Virus record (IMG/VR): IMGVR_UViG_3300019471_000109
Span: 1 to 64,000 of that record
Origin: a virus
Length of the DNA: 64,000 nt
Direction: 5' to 3' (one strand)
The notes below the pieces were generated by a model. That model saw only the letters and a program-made list of their open reading frames with translations, did not search any database and was not told the origin of the DNA. Positions within the stretch are counted from its first letter, which is position 1; each line of letters begins with the position of its first letter. The translations under genes and the position numbers were made by a program. This document shows positions 27,994 to 38,580 of the stretch, in pieces.

Positions 27994-29457
27994 ATGTCAG
28001 CATTATTTCAAGCATTAACTGCAACCCCAACAGTATATACTGAAAATGGTATGCCAACCCTAGCCACATCTGGTAATGAATTACTTGATTTATTTGGTAT
28101 TATTGGTAATCGTAATTTCAATTTTGAATATAACAATCATAAAATTGAAGTTGCAAAAACAACAGATCCTGTATTAACCGGCCGTTTATTTTTATGGGCA
28201 CGTGATTGCCGTGGTGGTGCAGGTCATCGCGATCCTATCCGTAAATTAATTTTAAAATATGCAGGAAGCGATTTAAAATTTGCATTAGCATTAGCTGCTA
28301 AATTGCCAGAAGTTGGTTATTATAAAGATTTAATTTATCTTTATGAAAACACCTTCTCAAAAGATGAATTTGTTGCATTTAAAACTGGTATTGTTGATTT
28401 AATCATCATTGAGTTAACTAATGCATTAAAAGAAAAACGTTTTTCATTATTAGCAAAATATATGCCTCGAAAAGGTCAAACTGCTGTAATGCTACGTAAT
28501 GAATTGAAATTATCGCCTAAACAATATCGCAAACTCGTAGTTCAATTATCAAAAACAGTTGAACAACAAATGTGTATGAAAGAATGGGATAAAATTAAAT
28601 TTGAAAATGTTCCATCTGTTGCAATGATGCGTTACCGCCGTGCTTTTGAACGTCATACTTCTAATTATGAAGAATTCCAAAATAAAGTAGCAAAAGGCGA
28701 AACTAAACTTAACGCAGCACAATTAACACCGGGCGAAATTGTATACCAAGTTGAGCGAACTTCTCGTTCTGAGAGCACTCAATTAACATATTTGCAAAAT
28801 GCGTGGAATTCATTACCGGATTATCTTGATAATTCAACTGAACGTTGGTTACCTGTAATTGATGTATCTGGCTCAATGACAACTCAAGCGGGAAATACAA
28901 ATATGACTTGTATGCAAATTGCAATGGGTTTAGGTGTATATTTGTCAGAACGTAATAAAGGAATCTTCCAAGAACAATTTATTACATTCTCAAGTAATCC
29001 AGCTTTCGTTGATATGAAAGGTAAAAAATTCCAAGATATCAAAAATAAATTTGATTGGATTGCTCGTCAAAACTGGGATATGTCAACAAATTTAGAACGA
29101 GTATTTGATTTAGTATTAAATGCAGCTGTTGAAAATTCTATTAAAGAATCTGAAATGCCAACAAAAATTGTTATTTTCTCTGATATGGAATTTAACTCTG
29201 CAACACGCAATTCAAATGATCGTGCGTTAACAATGATTAAACGTCGTTATGTAGAAGCTGGTTATTCAATGCCTCAATTAGTTTTTTGGAATTTAGCTGG
29301 TCGTGGTAATAACATGACAGTTAATATTAACGATAAAGGTACTTGTCAAGTTTCTGGTTATAGCCCAGCGGTGTTGAAAAACTTAACTAATTTGGAAGCA
29401 TTTACTCCAATGTCTGTGATGCTGCAAACATTAGGTTCAGATCGTTATTCATTTTAA
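27994..29457 (+). CDS. vWA-domain protein (MIDAS DVSGSM) with an N-terminal region carrying a GxGHRD-x-IR motif reminiscent of Ro60/TROVE proteins
   Basis: The vWA MIDAS motif is clear. The TROVE-like resemblance (WARDCRGGAGHRDPIRKLI versus Ro60 GWSHKDLLRL) is tentative. Confidence 0.6.
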   Translation: MSALFQALTATPTVYTENGMPTLATSGNELLDLFGIIGNRNFNFEYNNHKIEVAKTTDPVLTGRLFLWARDCRGGAGHRDPIRKLILKYAGSDLKFALALAAKLPEVGYYKDLIYLYENTFSKDEFVAFKTGIVDLIIIELTNALKEKRFSLLAKYMPRKGQTAVMLRNELKLSPKQYRKLVVQLSKTVEQQMCMKEWDKIKFENVPSVAMMRYRRAFERHTSNYEEFQNKVAKGETKLNAAQLTPGEIVYQVERTSRSESTQLTYLQNAWNSLPDYLDNSTERWLPVIDVSGSMTTQAGNTNMTCMQIAMGLGVYLSERNKGIFQEQFITFSSNPAFVDMKGKKFQDIKNKFDWIARQNWDMSTNLERVFDLVLNAAVENSIKESEMPTKIVIFSDMEFNSATRNSNDRALTMIKRRYVEAGYSMPQLVFWNLAGRGNNMTVNINDKGTCQVSGYSPAVLKNLTNLEAFTPMSVMLQTLGSDRYSF

Positions 29458-29463
29458 AAGTAA

Positions 29464-29490
29464 AGGAGGGAAACCTCCTTTTTATAATGG
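29464..29490. terminator. Terminator (AGGAGGGAAACCTCCT + T-run)
   Basis: Hairpin plus T-tract. Confidence 0.55.
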
Positions 29491-29498
29491 AGAAATAA

Positions 29499-29753
29499 AT
29501 GGAAGATAAAGTTGTTGAAATGACAGATGAAGTTGCTAATAAATTAATTGAAAATATTCAAAAATCCATTGATAAAGAAAACAATACAGAAGTAAAAATT
29601 TGGCATGATCCTAATACAGATATGTTAAAAATTGAAACCGAAAATTATTCATTTTATCAAAACGTTTGGGATTTTTCAATTAATGATGTTATTGAGTTGC
29701 TTCAATCATTAGGTCATAGTACATTCTTAAAGGAATTTAATTACGATGAATAA
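29499..29753 (+). CDS. Hypothetical protein (84 aa)
   Basis: ORF track. Confidence 0.5.
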   Translation: MEDKVVEMTDEVANKLIENIQKSIDKENNTEVKIWHDPNTDMLKIETENYSFYQNVWDFSINDVIELLQSLGHSTFLKEFNYDE

Positions 29754-30234
29754 GTTAACAAAAGAACAAACTTTTATTTCAATGGCTTTGTCAATGGCAG
29801 GTTTATCGAAATGTGTTTCTCATAAGGTTTGCGCTCTAATTGTTAAAGATAACCGTGTAATTTCAACTGGTATTAACGGTACTGCTCATGGTAGAATTAA
29901 TTGCTGCGATTATTGCGAAACCAAAGGATGGTTAAATGATGACGGTACATTAAATCAAGTATACCGACAAGATCATTCTAAATGGTCAAAAATCAATGAA
30001 TTACATGCGGAATTAAATGCAATATGTAATTCAGCTAGACTAGGAATTTCATTAGAAGATTCAGAGATGTATTGTACATTAGCTCCGTGTACAGATTGCG
30101 CCAAAATTATTAGTTCTGCTGGGATTAAAAAATTATATTATTATAAAGAATATGACAATCCAGCTCAACAGGATTTATCATGGAAACAGATTCTAGAAGA
30201 ATCTGGTGTTAAAGTAGAAAAGGTTGACTTATGA
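29746..30234 (+). CDS. cd: dCMP deaminase (T4 Cd-like; HAELNAI and PCTDC zinc motifs)
   Basis: Cytidine/deoxycytidylate deaminase motifs H-A-E and PC..C. Confidence 0.8.
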   Translation: MNKLTKEQTFISMALSMAGLSKCVSHKVCALIVKDNRVISTGINGTAHGRINCCDYCETKGWLNDDGTLNQVYRQDHSKWSKINELHAELNAICNSARLGISLEDSEMYCTLAPCTDCAKIISSAGIKKLYYYKEYDNPAQQDLSWKQILEESGVKVEKVDL

Positions 30235-30569
30235 CAAATAAATATGATAGCTTAACAGAAGCTCAAAAAACTAAAGTACGTAAACATTTATCTGGTTTAT
30301 TTTTAAATGGAAATGTTTCATTCAGATTTTACAAAAAGGATGGTACACTTCGCGATTCTGTTGGCTGCTTAGATCAAGCAGTAATGGAAGCAAATAATGC
30401 TTTACCTAAAGAAAAATCTGAATCAGAACAAAAACCAATTAATTTAAATGTGTTTAAGTATTTTGATTTAGATAAAAAAGCATGGCGATCATTTAATTTA
30501 TCATCCCTAGAAGATGTGATGGAAGTTAAATTTGATGATTTGATTGATAAAATTATTACAAATCCTTAA
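30231..30569 (+). CDS. Hypothetical protein (112 aa)
   Basis: ORF track. Confidence 0.5.
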   Translation: MTNKYDSLTEAQKTKVRKHLSGLFLNGNVSFRFYKKDGTLRDSVGCLDQAVMEANNALPKEKSESEQKPINLNVFKYFDLDKKAWRSFNLSSLEDVMEVKFDDLIDKIITNP

Positions 30570-30632
30570 TTGGATTTTAGGTTCCGGAATTTATTCCCGG
30601 GTTTTATTAACCCTTAATTATTAAAGGTTATT

Positions 30633-30992
30633 ATGTCAGATAAACAATTTCATATTGTTCCCCTCGCTATCGGTGAATATGTTGTTCTAGAAACATTTGC
30701 AATTCATCCTGATAATTTAGAAGAAACGACTGATTCCGGTATTGTGATTTCAACACAAAAACAGGATTTCTCTAAAGCATTGCCTCGATATGCTAAAGTT
30801 GTGTCGAAAGGTTCTTTAGTTCCTGACTCAGAATTAAATGTTGGTGATTTTGTTGTATTTCCATTAGGAGGTCATGCTTCAAATATTGAAGATCCTCGTA
30901 TTGTAAATGGACAAAAAATTACTGAAAAAGAAAAGCGTCAATTTTCATATGTTCACTGGAAAAATATCGGCGCACGTTATATTCAAGAATAA
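30633..30992 (+). CDS. 31: Co-chaperonin (T4 gp31-like GroES analogue)
   Basis: P.AIGEYVVL, SGIVI and VGDFVVFP resemble T4 gp31. The position next to cd matches T4. Confidence 0.65.
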   Translation: MSDKQFHIVPLAIGEYVVLETFAIHPDNLEETTDSGIVISTQKQDFSKALPRYAKVVSKGSLVPDSELNVGDFVVFPLGGHASNIEDPRIVNGQKITEKEKRQFSYVHWKNIGARYIQE

Positions 30993-31009
30993 ATTAAAAG
31001 GAAAAGAAA

Positions 31010-31348
31010 ATGTCATATATTGATTTAGAACGACCAAACGCGCCAACTTTCGAAACTCAAGAAAAAGTTCGCAAAATTATTAAAGACGCATTAACTGCAC
31101 AACGTAAATACTACGATAAAGAATGGCCTAAAGATCAAGGAAATTCTGTAATTGATATTTTATCTTATGCAGTTGATAATATTGCTGGAACTAAACGTGT
31201 GTTATATTCATTACCTGAATTCACTGGTTCTAATTACTCTGCAATGTATCATTTAGCTCATGCTAAACGTTTAAATCATTCTGTAGTTACTTTCTTGAAA
31301 AAAGAACTTGCGTTTTTGGCACCAGTAGAACAAACCGAAACTAAATAA
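31010..31348 (+). CDS. Hypothetical protein (112 aa)
   Basis: ORF track. Confidence 0.5.
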   Translation: MSYIDLERPNAPTFETQEKVRKIIKDALTAQRKYYDKEWPKDQGNSVIDILSYAVDNIAGTKRVLYSLPEFTGSNYSAMYHLAHAKRLNHSVVTFLKKELAFLAPVEQTETK

Positions 31349-31362
31349 TAAGGGAACAACAA

Positions 31363-31839
31363 ATGGCAAAATTAAAAGCATCAACAAATAAAAAAGCTCG
31401 TTTTCAAATTTACGAAAAAGAAAATCGTTTTGCAAAAAACAAAAAACGTGATTTAGAACGTCATTTAAAATTACACCCAAAAGATGAAGTTGCAAAAGAA
31501 GCGGTTAAAAATATTCCAGCAAAACCAAGCCGCAGTACGCATGTATCATCTGGTGTTCCGGAATTTAAAGAGATCACTAATAAAACATTAGTGAAAGGTA
31601 AATGGATTGATGTTGTTGAACGTAAGATTCGTGTTAGCCGTTTAGATAAACAAATTGCTAAATTAGTTAAACGAACTTTAGTATTCAAAGATCCAACTTT
31701 AAAAGCTAAGGATGAATTGTTTAAACAAACCTCATTAGCAAATGGTTTAAAAACTGCTCATGAACATTTCGATCGTATTCGTAAAGAAAAAGAAGAACGT
31801 AGTAAGAAGCAAGTTAAACCTGCTGGTAAATTAAAATAA
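31363..31839 (+). CDS. Lys-rich basic protein (158 aa), possibly nucleic-acid-binding
   Basis: Composition only. Confidence 0.5.
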   Translation: MAKLKASTNKKARFQIYEKENRFAKNKKRDLERHLKLHPKDEVAKEAVKNIPAKPSRSTHVSSGVPEFKEITNKTLVKGKWIDVVERKIRVSRLDKQIAKLVKRTLVFKDPTLKAKDELFKQTSLANGLKTAHEHFDRIRKEKEERSKKQVKPAGKLK

Positions 31840-31883
31840 AATATGTAAGGAAGCATTTGCTTCCTTATTTTATAGAGGTATAA

Positions 31884-32528
31884 ATGAAAAAAGTTATCAT
31901 TACTGATGTTGATGGTGTATTATTAAAGTGGCAAAGTATGTTACCATTTTTCGCCCAAGAAAAAGGTATTGATTTGTCTGAAATTTTGAAGTGTCAATAT
32001 ACTGAGGAATTCATTCATACTAAAGATCTCTTTAAATGCACATTAGACAGAGCTAGAAAGCTTAAACATGAATACCATAATTCTAATTGGATTCGTCATT
32101 TAACAGCTTATAATGATGCTCTAGAAGTGTTGAACTCTTTAAAAGATGAATATATTTTTATTGCGGTCACAGCTTTAGATAATACAGACACTGCTTTAGA
32201 AAATAGATCGTATAACTTAAATGTTTTATTCCCGGGTGTATTCTCTGAAATTCATTTAACTGATAATGATAAAACTGGTGCATTTACTGAAATTATTGTT
32301 AATCAGAGTAGAAAAGGTAATGAAATTGTTGCTTATGTTGATGATTTACCTGATCATATTTTAACATTCAGAGAAACATATAAAAATTTAACGCGGGATG
32401 ATTTCCCATTCGAAAATTTATTTTTATTAGCAAGAGGCCCTAGAGATTCATTTTTTAGCTATGACACCGAAAAATATAGAGATTGTAAAGTGAATAACTG
32501 GTATGAAATTAAGGAAAAATTATTATGA
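31884..32528 (+). CDS. HAD-superfamily hydrolase (DVDGVL motif; possible 5'(3')-deoxyribonucleotidase or polynucleotide 3'-phosphatase)
   Basis: HAD motif I DxDGV and a C-terminal DD. Confidence 0.6.
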   Translation: MKKVIITDVDGVLLKWQSMLPFFAQEKGIDLSEILKCQYTEEFIHTKDLFKCTLDRARKLKHEYHNSNWIRHLTAYNDALEVLNSLKDEYIFIAVTALDNTDTALENRSYNLNVLFPGVFSEIHLTDNDKTGAFTEIIVNQSRKGNEIVAYVDDLPDHILTFRETYKNLTRDDFPFENLFLLARGPRDSFFSYDTEKYRDCKVNNWYEIKEKLL

Positions 32529-33592
32529 GTTTAAAAGAACGACTTTTAAAACGAAGCACATTAAAATCAACAGCAGTTTTTGCTGAACAGGAATTATTTT
32601 AGTTCGATAAAATCCCAACAGAAGTCCCGTTAATTAATTTAGCATTAACTGGTAAGTTTGACGAAGGTGTAACTCCAGGTTTAACAGTTTTAGCAGCGCC
32701 TAGTAAACATTTTAAATCAATGCTCGGCCTTGTAATGGTAGCAGCATATTTAAAAAAATACGATGATGCTATTTGTTTATTTGTAGACTCTGAATTCGGC
32801 GCATCTAAACAATACTTCAAAAATGCTGGAATTGACCCGGAAAGAGTTATTCATATTCCAGTTCTAAATGTTGAAGAAGCAAAATTTGAATTAACTGCTC
32901 AGTTAGATGAAATTCAAAAAGGTGATCATGTTATTATCTTTATGGATTCTATTGGTAATCTTGCGTCTAAAAAAGAAGCAGATGATGCATTAGATCAAAA
33001 AAGCGTCGCAGATATGGGGCGTGCTAAACAAATTAAGAGTTTATTCCGTATTATTACACCTCATTTAACTTTAAAAAATATTCCGATGGTTGCAATTAAT
33101 CATACAATTCAGACTATGGAAATGTTTTCTAAAACTGTAATGACTTCTGGCACTGGTGTTATGTACAGCTCTAACACAGTTTTATTTGTAACGAAAGCTC
33201 AAGAAAAAGAAGGTACAGAGCTTGTTGGATATAATTTCACGTTAAAAGCAGAAAAATCTAGATTCATCAAAGAAGGCTCTAAATTACCATTAACGGTAAC
33301 ATTTGATAAAGGTATTAATAAATATTCCGGTTTATTTGATTTAGCTTTAGAATTAGGATTCATTCATAAAAATTCTGCAGTAAGTTATTCAAGAATGTTT
33401 TTGGATAAAAACACAGGGGAATTAGTTCCAGAAGATAAAAAATGGCGTCGTAAAGAAGCCGATTGTAAAGAATTTTGGGAACCTATGTTAAATGATGAAT
33501 ACTTCAAAGAAACAGTAGAAAAACATTATTTACTAGATGCTCCTACATTTTCAACATCAGAAGCAGATGAACTTGTAAGTGAAGATGAATAA
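32525..33592 (+). CDS. uvsX: UvsX recombinase (RecA-like), 355 aa, 1 in-frame TAG near the N-terminus
   Basis: Aligns with T4 UvsX (PSKHFKSMLGL, CLFVDSEFG, DPERVIH.PV, NLASKKEADDAL, MGRAKQIKSLFRI, AINHT, ALELGF). Confidence 0.85.
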
Positions 33593-33893
33593 TTTATCAT
33601 TTCAAGAAATCCAAAATTATATTGAGGAGTTAGAACGCTCCTCTTATAAAATAGTTATAGATGGCATTAATGTCTATATTATTGATATGAAATACGTGAA
33701 CGGTAAATTGGATTTATCTTATATCTGTTTTGACCAAAGATCAAAAACTCCAGAATTTGATTTAAAAATCAGAACAACCGTTCAAAGTTTAATTAATAAA
33801 GAAATTCAACAAGGACAAAAATGGTACAGCATCTTATCTTCGAAAATCTATGCTTTAATAAAGATTATTAGAAAACGGTTTGGCCTTTCCTAA
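33579..33893 (+). CDS. Hypothetical protein (104 aa; gp40-like by position)
   Basis: ORF track. It overlaps the start of gene 41 in another frame. Confidence 0.4.
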   Translation: MKMNNLSFQEIQNYIEELERSSYKIVIDGINVYIIDMKYVNGKLDLSYICFDQRSKTPEFDLKIRTTVQSLINKEIQQGQKWYSILSSKIYALIKIIRKRFGLS

Positions 33894-35245
33894 AAAAAGA
33901 ATATTTCAATTCCAATCAAGAAAAGATTATTTTCGATTTGTTTAATTCTTATTATGAGAAATATAAACAAATGCCAAGTAAAGAATCTTTGTTAATTGAT
34001 TTAGCTGCTAAAACTGGAATTAATACTGCAGATCATGATTCTGTAAAAGAAACTATTTCTTCTTTTAAAGAAAAAACAAATAACTTGCAATGGTTAATCG
34101 ATACTACAGAAAAATTCTGTAAATCACAAGCAATTTTTAATGCTCTTTCAGAGTCTATTATAATCCAAGAAAACTTTAAGAAAGATGAATCGCAAAGATC
34201 TTCTAAAATCCAAGATATCGGTGCTATTCCAGATATTCTTAAAAATGCTTTATCAGTTTCTTTTGATAGTTCTATTGGTATGGACTATTTTAACGATGCT
34301 GAAGCTAGATATCAGTCTTATATTCAAAAAGTCGATAAAATTCCATTTCAACTAGACATCCTAAATAAAATTACAAATGGCGGTGTTGAAAGAAAAACAT
34401 TAAATCTTGTAATGGCTGGAACTAATGTTGGTAAATCTATTTGGTTAGTAAATATGGCATCCCAGTATGTACAACAAGGATACAATGTTTTATATATCTA
34501 GATGGAAATGTCAGAAAAAGTTGTTGGTAAACGTATTGACGCAAATGTTTTAAATGTATCGTTAGAAGATTTTGAAACATTAACGAAAAATACATTTTTA
34601 GATCGTTTTAGCAATTTATAGAATACTAAAAAACTTGGTAAATTATTCATTAAAGAATATCCTACATCAAGTGCTCATGCTGGCCATTTTAGAACATTAT
34701 TAAATGAATTATCATTAAAGAAAAATTTTGTTCCTGATGTAATTTGTGTAGACTACTTAGGAATTTGTGCATCCTCAAGAATTAGATCTGGCGCTGAAAA
34801 CAGTTATGCTTTAGTTAAAGCAATTTCTGAAGAAATTCGTGGTTTAGCTGTAGAACAAAATTGTGCCGTTTGGTCTGCTACTCAAACTAATAGAGGCTCA
34901 TGGGAAAATTCTGATTTTGGATTAGAAGCTATTTCTGAATCAACTGGCCAAGCAATGACTGCTGATATGATTTTGGCGTTAATTGAAACCGAACAATTAG
35001 CTTTACAAGGTCAACAAATGGTTAAACAGCTTAAATCTAGATATGCCGATAGAAATCAGAATTCTCATTTTATTTTAGGTGTATCTAAATCTAAACAAAA
35101 ATATTTTGAGTGTGAAACTCAACAAGTAAATTCACAACAAAATAAAATTGAAGAGACTAGTACAAAACTTGAAAAACAAGTTATTCAAAATAAGCTTCAA
35201 ACATCACAAGAAAAACGATCAAGTATGGAAGAAATACAATGGTAA
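33821..35245 (+). CDS. 41: Replicative helicase (T4 gp41, DnaB-like), 474 aa, 3 in-frame TAG
   Basis: The N-terminus MVQHLIF...KTVWPFLKKEYF matches T4 MVEIILSHLIF...SKVWPYMDSEYF. GAIPDIL, NLVMAGTNVGKS, VLYI-TAG-MEM versus T4 VLYISMEM, NELSLKKNFVP and SRYADRN also match. The track ORFs 33938.. and 34955.. are pieces. Confidence 0.85.
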
Positions 35246-35421
35246 AATAGTTAAAACAATTAGTTGAAGAAGTTGTAGCTGGCGATGCTGGCGGGAATCC
35301 TCAAAACATTGCAGCGGGAACGAACTCTGGTGCAATTGTAAATAAAGGCCCAGAAGTTATAGGTAAAAAGAAAAAGATTAAAGAATCTGATGAAACAAAA
35401 GATTCTGACAAGAATAAGTAA
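35239..35421 (+). CDS. Small protein (60 aa, 1 TAG)
   Basis: Its ATG overlaps the gene 41 stop (ATGGTAA). Confidence 0.35.
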
Positions 35422-35478
35422 TTTTTTAATAAAGTCTATTGTATAATTATTATATGATAGACTTTTGTTTTAATTATT

Positions 35479-36531
35479 ATGAATGATAATTTATTTTTTG
35501 AAATTCAAAAAGCAATAGAAGTATGTTCTACTTTTGATAGATACCGTTTGGTTCGTTGGAGCCCACTTAAGCTAAACTGCAGATGCCCTGTTTGTTCTGA
35601 TAGTCAGAAATCTAAAATAAAAGCAAGATTTTGGGTAAATGAAAAAAATGGCGCTTTATTAGTGGGTTGTTTCAACTGCGGTTATCATTCAAATTTTACT
35701 TCATTTTGTAAAGATTATTATCCAGAAACATTCAAAGAACTGATGTTTCAAAAATATAATAAAGATAAGCCTAATGATCAACCTAAACCAGAATTACCAA
35801 AAGAACATGGTAATTCGTTAAAAGTATCTGAAAAATCAAATATTGAAATACAAGTAAGAAAATATTGTAAATGTGTTAAAGAATTGCCAGAATCGCATCC
35901 TATTGTAAAATATATTAAAAACAGACAAATTCCTGAAGAATTTTATGATTACTTTTGGTTTACGGATAAATGGCAAGAATTAGTTCATAATATTCAATCA
36001 GAATCATATAAAGATCCTAAACCTGAGTATAGATTGGTGATGATTATAAAGGATTTTGATAAAAGATGGACTGCGATTCAAGGCAGATCATTAGAAGATA
36101 ATCCTAGAAACAAGTACATCACTATCAAAGAATCAGATACTGCAAATAAAATTTTTGGATTAGATAAAGTTGATATTAATAAAACAGTATTTTTAGTTGA
36201 AGGTATTGTAGATTCTTTGTTTATAGATAATGCAATCGCTATTACAGGCGGTTCATTAAACTTTGACGAAATCCCGATTAAAAAAGAAAATCGCGTATGG
36301 TGTTGGGATAATGAACCTTATGCAGAACATACAATAAAACGAATTGAAAAAGCCGTAGAAAATAATGAGAACATTGTGTTATTTGATAAAACTCAATGGT
36401 CCTCAAAAGATATTAATGACCTGATTACAAAAGAACATATTAGTCAAAAAGAAGTTAATGATTATCTTAAGGATAATATTATAAATGGTCTAATGGCTCA
36501 ACTTAGATTTAAACAATGGAGAAAAGTATAA
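35479..36531 (+). CDS. 61: DNA primase (T4 gp61-like; zinc ribbon CRCPVC...CFNC plus TOPRIM)
   Basis: ORF track; zinc-ribbon and TOPRIM features. Confidence 0.8.
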   Translation: MNDNLFFEIQKAIEVCSTFDRYRLVRWSPLKLNCRCPVCSDSQKSKIKARFWVNEKNGALLVGCFNCGYHSNFTSFCKDYYPETFKELMFQKYNKDKPNDQPKPELPKEHGNSLKVSEKSNIEIQVRKYCKCVKELPESHPIVKYIKNRQIPEEFYDYFWFTDKWQELVHNIQSESYKDPKPEYRLVMIIKDFDKRWTAIQGRSLEDNPRNKYITIKESDTANKIFGLDKVDINKTVFLVEGIVDSLFIDNAIAITGGSLNFDEIPIKKENRVWCWDNEPYAEHTIKRIEKAVENNENIVLFDKTQWSSKDINDLITKEHISQKEVNDYLKDNIINGLMAQLRFKQWRKV

Positions 36532-37052
36532 TGTCAGAATTTAACAGTTGTGCTTCTTTAATTAATAAAGAAGATTACGAAAAAGCAAAATTAGAATATG
36601 AACGCGAATTAATCGCTGGTCGTGATCCTTTATGTGTTTTGTTTGGTATGCAAAAATCATTACAAGATAAACTTGCTGATTCATTAGGTCGTATTCCAAG
36701 AATTGAAGATATTAAAACCAAAGGCCAATTATATGATTGGATCGAAGACCAAGAATTAGCTTTACGGGATGAACATCGTGAATTAGTTGAAGCTATCGCT
36801 GGTATGGAAAAACCTGAAAAAGATCGCTCTGCAATCTGGAAAAAATGGAAAGCTAAATATAACGAAATTCGCAATGAACCTATTTCTAGCTTAAGTGATT
36901 TTGAACAAAAAGAACTTAAATTTGAAATTATAGACGCCCTACATTTTTATATCAATAAGCTATTAGCACTAGGCATTGATCCAAAAGAAATGTTCATCCT
37001 TTATTATCTAAAAAATAAAGAAAATTTTGCAAGACAAGAACGGAACTATTAA
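36516..37052 (+). CDS. 56: dCTP pyrophosphatase (T4 gp56-like, MazG family)
   Basis: KDPLCVLFGMQ, AIWKKWKAKY and LYYLKNKENFARQ closely match T4 gp56. Confidence 0.85.
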   Translation: MEKSIMSEFNSCASLINKEDYEKAKLEYERELIAGRDPLCVLFGMQKSLQDKLADSLGRIPRIEDIKTKGQLYDWIEDQELALRDEHRELVEAIAGMEKPEKDRSAIWKKWKAKYNEIRNEPISSLSDFEQKELKFEIIDALHFYINKLLALGIDPKEMFILYYLKNKENFARQERNY

Positions 37053-37320
37053 TATGCAAGCTAAATGGAAATCACCTTTAAAGTATTTGCCTACAGAAGG
37101 TGCTAGAACTATTGTTTTATATTATAAAAATGGTTTCAAAAACACAGAAAATAATTTAGAATTTTGTTGCTGTGTATATCAAAAAGGTAAATTTTATTCT
37201 ATTGAAACTCAAGTTTCAAAGGATGTTTATAAATGGGATTATTTAGACCCGCAAAATTCTTTAATGGAATTTTGGAAAAGCCTTAAATTGCCTCAACTAA
37301 AAGAAGGTCTTACAGTATGA
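37027..37320 (+). CDS. Hypothetical protein (97 aa)
   Basis: ORF track. Confidence 0.5.
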   Translation: MQDKNGTINMQAKWKSPLKYLPTEGARTIVLYYKNGFKNTENNLEFCCCVYQKGKFYSIETQVSKDVYKWDYLDPQNSLMEFWKSLKLPQLKEGLTV

Positions 37321-37970
37321 AATCATTTATCTTTGATACAGAAACATTAGGAAAATCACCTGATGGTGTAATTCTTGATATCAGTTGTTTAGTGGTTGAT
37401 TTAGATCAAGTAGAAAACCCTCCTAAATTTATGGATTTGGTTAGAGCTGGTAAACAGTGGAAACTTGATGTAAAAGATCAACTTAAACTTGGCCGCAAAA
37501 CTGATCCTAAAGTTATTGAATGGTGGAAAGGTAAATCTGATGAAGCTAAAAAAGTTTTAGTTACAAATGGAACTGAAGTAAAACTTAACGATGCTCTTGA
37601 TGAATTTAGCTTATATCTAACATCAAACGGAATTGACCAAAAAACTTCATTAGGTTTTTGCCGTGGAATGTCGTTTGATTTCCCATTACTGGTTCATAGT
37701 TTAGCTCAAAAATATAATCAAGATACTTTTGAATATGAACCATGCAGATTTTGGAACCAACGAGATATCAGATCTGTTATTTCTGGTTTATTACTTGATG
37801 ATAAACGAACAACTACTCCGTTAAGAAAAGGTATTCTCCAAGGATTTGTTAAACATAATAGTTTACATGATATTGCAAAAGATGCATTGATGATAATTTA
37901 TGCTAAACGTTATGCTCTTGGATTAGAAGAAATACCATTAAATGATGACGTAGACCCAGAAAGTTTGTAA
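37317..37970 (+). CDS. dexA: Exonuclease A (T4 DexA-like, DnaQ-fold 3'-5' exonuclease)
   Basis: FIFDTETLG, CRGMSFDFPLLV, CRFWNQRDIR and HNSLHDIAKD match T4 DexA. Confidence 0.85.
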   Translation: MKSFIFDTETLGKSPDGVILDISCLVVDLDQVENPPKFMDLVRAGKQWKLDVKDQLKLGRKTDPKVIEWWKGKSDEAKKVLVTNGTEVKLNDALDEFSLYLTSNGIDQKTSLGFCRGMSFDFPLLVHSLAQKYNQDTFEYEPCRFWNQRDIRSVISGLLLDDKRTTTPLRKGILQGFVKHNSLHDIAKDALMIIYAKRYALGLEEIPLNDDVDPESL

Positions 37971-37974
37971 AATC

Positions 37975-38052
37975 TTAAAAATTTTTTGAAAAATCTATTT
38001 ACATCCTCATTTGTTTTTGGTATTATAGCTACATCAACAAACAAATGAGGAT
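37975..38052 (+). repeat. About 78-bp promoter/palindrome cassette copy B, identical to the copy at 62378..62455 (-35 TTTACA 37998-38003, -10 TATTAT 38021-26, inverted repeat CCTCATTTGTT/AACAAATGAGG)
   Basis: Read directly; identical to copy C over about 78 bp. Confidence 0.7.
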
Positions 38053-38058
38053 TTTAAA

Positions 38059-38580
38059 ATGAAAACAGAGCGTGATTTAGTATTAGATTTTTTTGATGCA
38101 ACAGAGATTTCTCCGTGTGGATGCAAAGCTGTGGTAAATAATCGTTGGGAATTTATTACAGACTTAATCGTTAAATACCGCAGAAATCAAAAATCTAAAC
38201 AAACTGCAAAAATCAGACAACAAAAAATCGTAGCTGAATTTAATTTAGTTAGAGATACCTTAGTATCAGAAGTCGAAGATTTTTGTAATGATTTATTTAG
38301 AAATAATGAAGATATCGTGGTTTTTGTAAATAGATCATCTGTTAATGTGTTTGACCCAATTACACAAACAACAGTTTACACAATGTTATCACCTATTTCG
38401 CATTGTATTTGTTTTAAATCAAAAACAGTAGAATTTTCTGCAATCAAAGATTTAGCTAAATCGTTAAATTATAATGTTGCTAAAAGTAAACATGAAGAGT
38501 GTATGGTAAATCAGTTAAAAGAAACCCGTGAAGTAGCCGAAGCAATTTTCGATATTTTATTAAAAGTTCGTTATGAGTAA
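38059..38580 (+). CDS. Hypothetical protein (173 aa)
   Basis: ORF track; it follows promoter copy B. Confidence 0.55.
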   Translation: MKTERDLVLDFFDATEISPCGCKAVVNNRWEFITDLIVKYRRNQKSKQTAKIRQQKIVAEFNLVRDTLVSEVEDFCNDLFRNNEDIVVFVNRSSVNVFDPITQTTVYTMLSPISHCICFKSKTVEFSAIKDLAKSLNYNVAKSKHEECMVNQLKETREVAEAIFDILLKVRYE

